Below, in pieces: positions 53,350 to 53,904 of a DNA stretch of 53,904 bases. The DNA is from an uncultured Clostridia bacterium (lineage in GTDB: Bacteria > Bacillota > Clostridia > TANB77 > CAG-465): the NCBI GenBank assembly GCA_947632225.1, contig CANROM010000002.1, positions 1-53,904 of the forward strand, written 5' to 3'. Position numbers and translations under genes: made by a program. The first letter of the stretch is position 1. The number at the start of each line of letters is the position of its first letter. Below the pieces are notes generated by a model. That model was not told the origin of the DNA. It did not search any database and saw only the letters and a list, made by a program, of their open reading frames with translations.

Positions 53350-53565
53350 TTAACCCCACTCTTCTTTAATTTTTTCTTTTATTGCTATATGTAGAAATAA
53401 ATTTATTTCATATTTATCTATATCTGCTCCACATAATTCAACTTTACGCTCTTTTCTATCAAACTGAATATAAAGTTTTAAATCTTTATGAAAATAATCT
53501 AAAAAACGTATATAGTCAAACTTTTCAAATCCCTCGCCACATATAATTTTATCAGCTTCGCTCAT
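53350..53565 (-). CDS. Hypothetical phage protein
   Basis: 71-aa ORF overlapping the upstream gene end by 14 nt. Confidence 0.5.
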   Translation of the reverse strand: MSEADKIICGEGFEKFDYIRFLDYFHKDLKLYIQFDRKERKVELCGADIDKYEINLFLHIAIKEKIKEEWG

Positions 53566-53893
53566 CTTCTATCTCCTTCAATATTTCTATAACATAGTAT
53601 TCTTTTCTAGGTGAGGCTCCCCATTCTTCTTTACCTTGTCCTATTTTTAATTTACACTTACATTTTATTGCTGGACTTGATTTACTATATCCGTTCTTAA
53701 AATATACAGTTAGCCATAAAGGATATTTTCTTAAATCTCTTTTTACATTGGTTGGAATAATTGGTTTTAATATTTTATCAAATTCATTGTTAAATCTACT
53801 TGTCCAATATGGCTTTATTTCTCTATATTCTTCTTTTTTCTCTCCACTTTGTATCATGTCAAACCATTTCTTTTTAATTGGTAAAATTAACAT
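53552..53893 (-). CDS. ASCH (PUA-like) domain phage protein
   Basis: LPIKKKWFDMIQSGEKKEEYREIKPYW...FKNGYS...GKEEWGA...YYVI matches the ASCH pattern common in phage early regions. Confidence 0.6.
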   Translation of the reverse strand: MLILPIKKKWFDMIQSGEKKEEYREIKPYWTSRFNNEFDKILKPIIPTNVKRDLRKYPLWLTVYFKNGYSKSSPAIKCKCKLKIGQGKEEWGASPRKEYYVIEILKEIEDERS

Positions 53894-53904
53894 TTGTTTA
53901 TCCT

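Overview
AT-rich (about 30% GC) Firmicute, Clostridia-like chromosome segment. About 75 genes are on the minus strand and only one is on the plus strand. All calls rest on reading the supplied translations and my own translations; no database search was run.

Left part, 1-27.7 kb, host DNA:
- The 5' part of a large Ig-repeat surface protein that runs off the window.
- An odd PLD-like/B3-like protein.
- fhs, followed by a polytopic membrane protein.
- A three-gene UbiA-prenyltransferase / HAD-phosphatase / large polytopic (GT-C-like) operon.
- The glycolytic operon gap-pgk-tpiA-gpmI-[zinc-ribbon coiled-coil ORF]-eno.
- A 1587-aa wall-anchored adhesin.
- A small foreign-looking patch next to tRNA-Gln(CUG): a replication-relaxation-like winged-helix ORF plus the only plus-strand gene, a KilA-N protein.
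- A soluble Clp-N/Clp-D1 AAA+ module fused to an FtsH-type M41 metalloprotease.
- A PAP2 phosphatase.

Right part, 27.8 kb to the window end: one siphovirus-type prophage, truncated by the window. No integrase, repressor or replication genes are visible. Its junction is marked by a displaced 17-nt tRNA 3' end, still followed by its own terminator. Gene order, reading from high to low coordinates, is small early/middle ORFs, late regulator, TerS, TerL, portal, MuF, scaffold, HK97-fold capsid, connectors, major tail protein, chaperone with a -1 frameshift, tape measure, Dit, Tal, fibres, holin and CHAP-SH3 endolysin.

Most interesting candidates:
- The Clp/FtsH chimeric protease.
- The MuF C-terminal extension with a translationally coupled small ORF.
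- A zinc-ribbon membrane moron inside the tail operon.
- The polyprenyl-phospho-pentose-like cluster.
- The degenerate PLD/B3 protein.

I did not recognise any known defence system, CRISPR array or rRNA.
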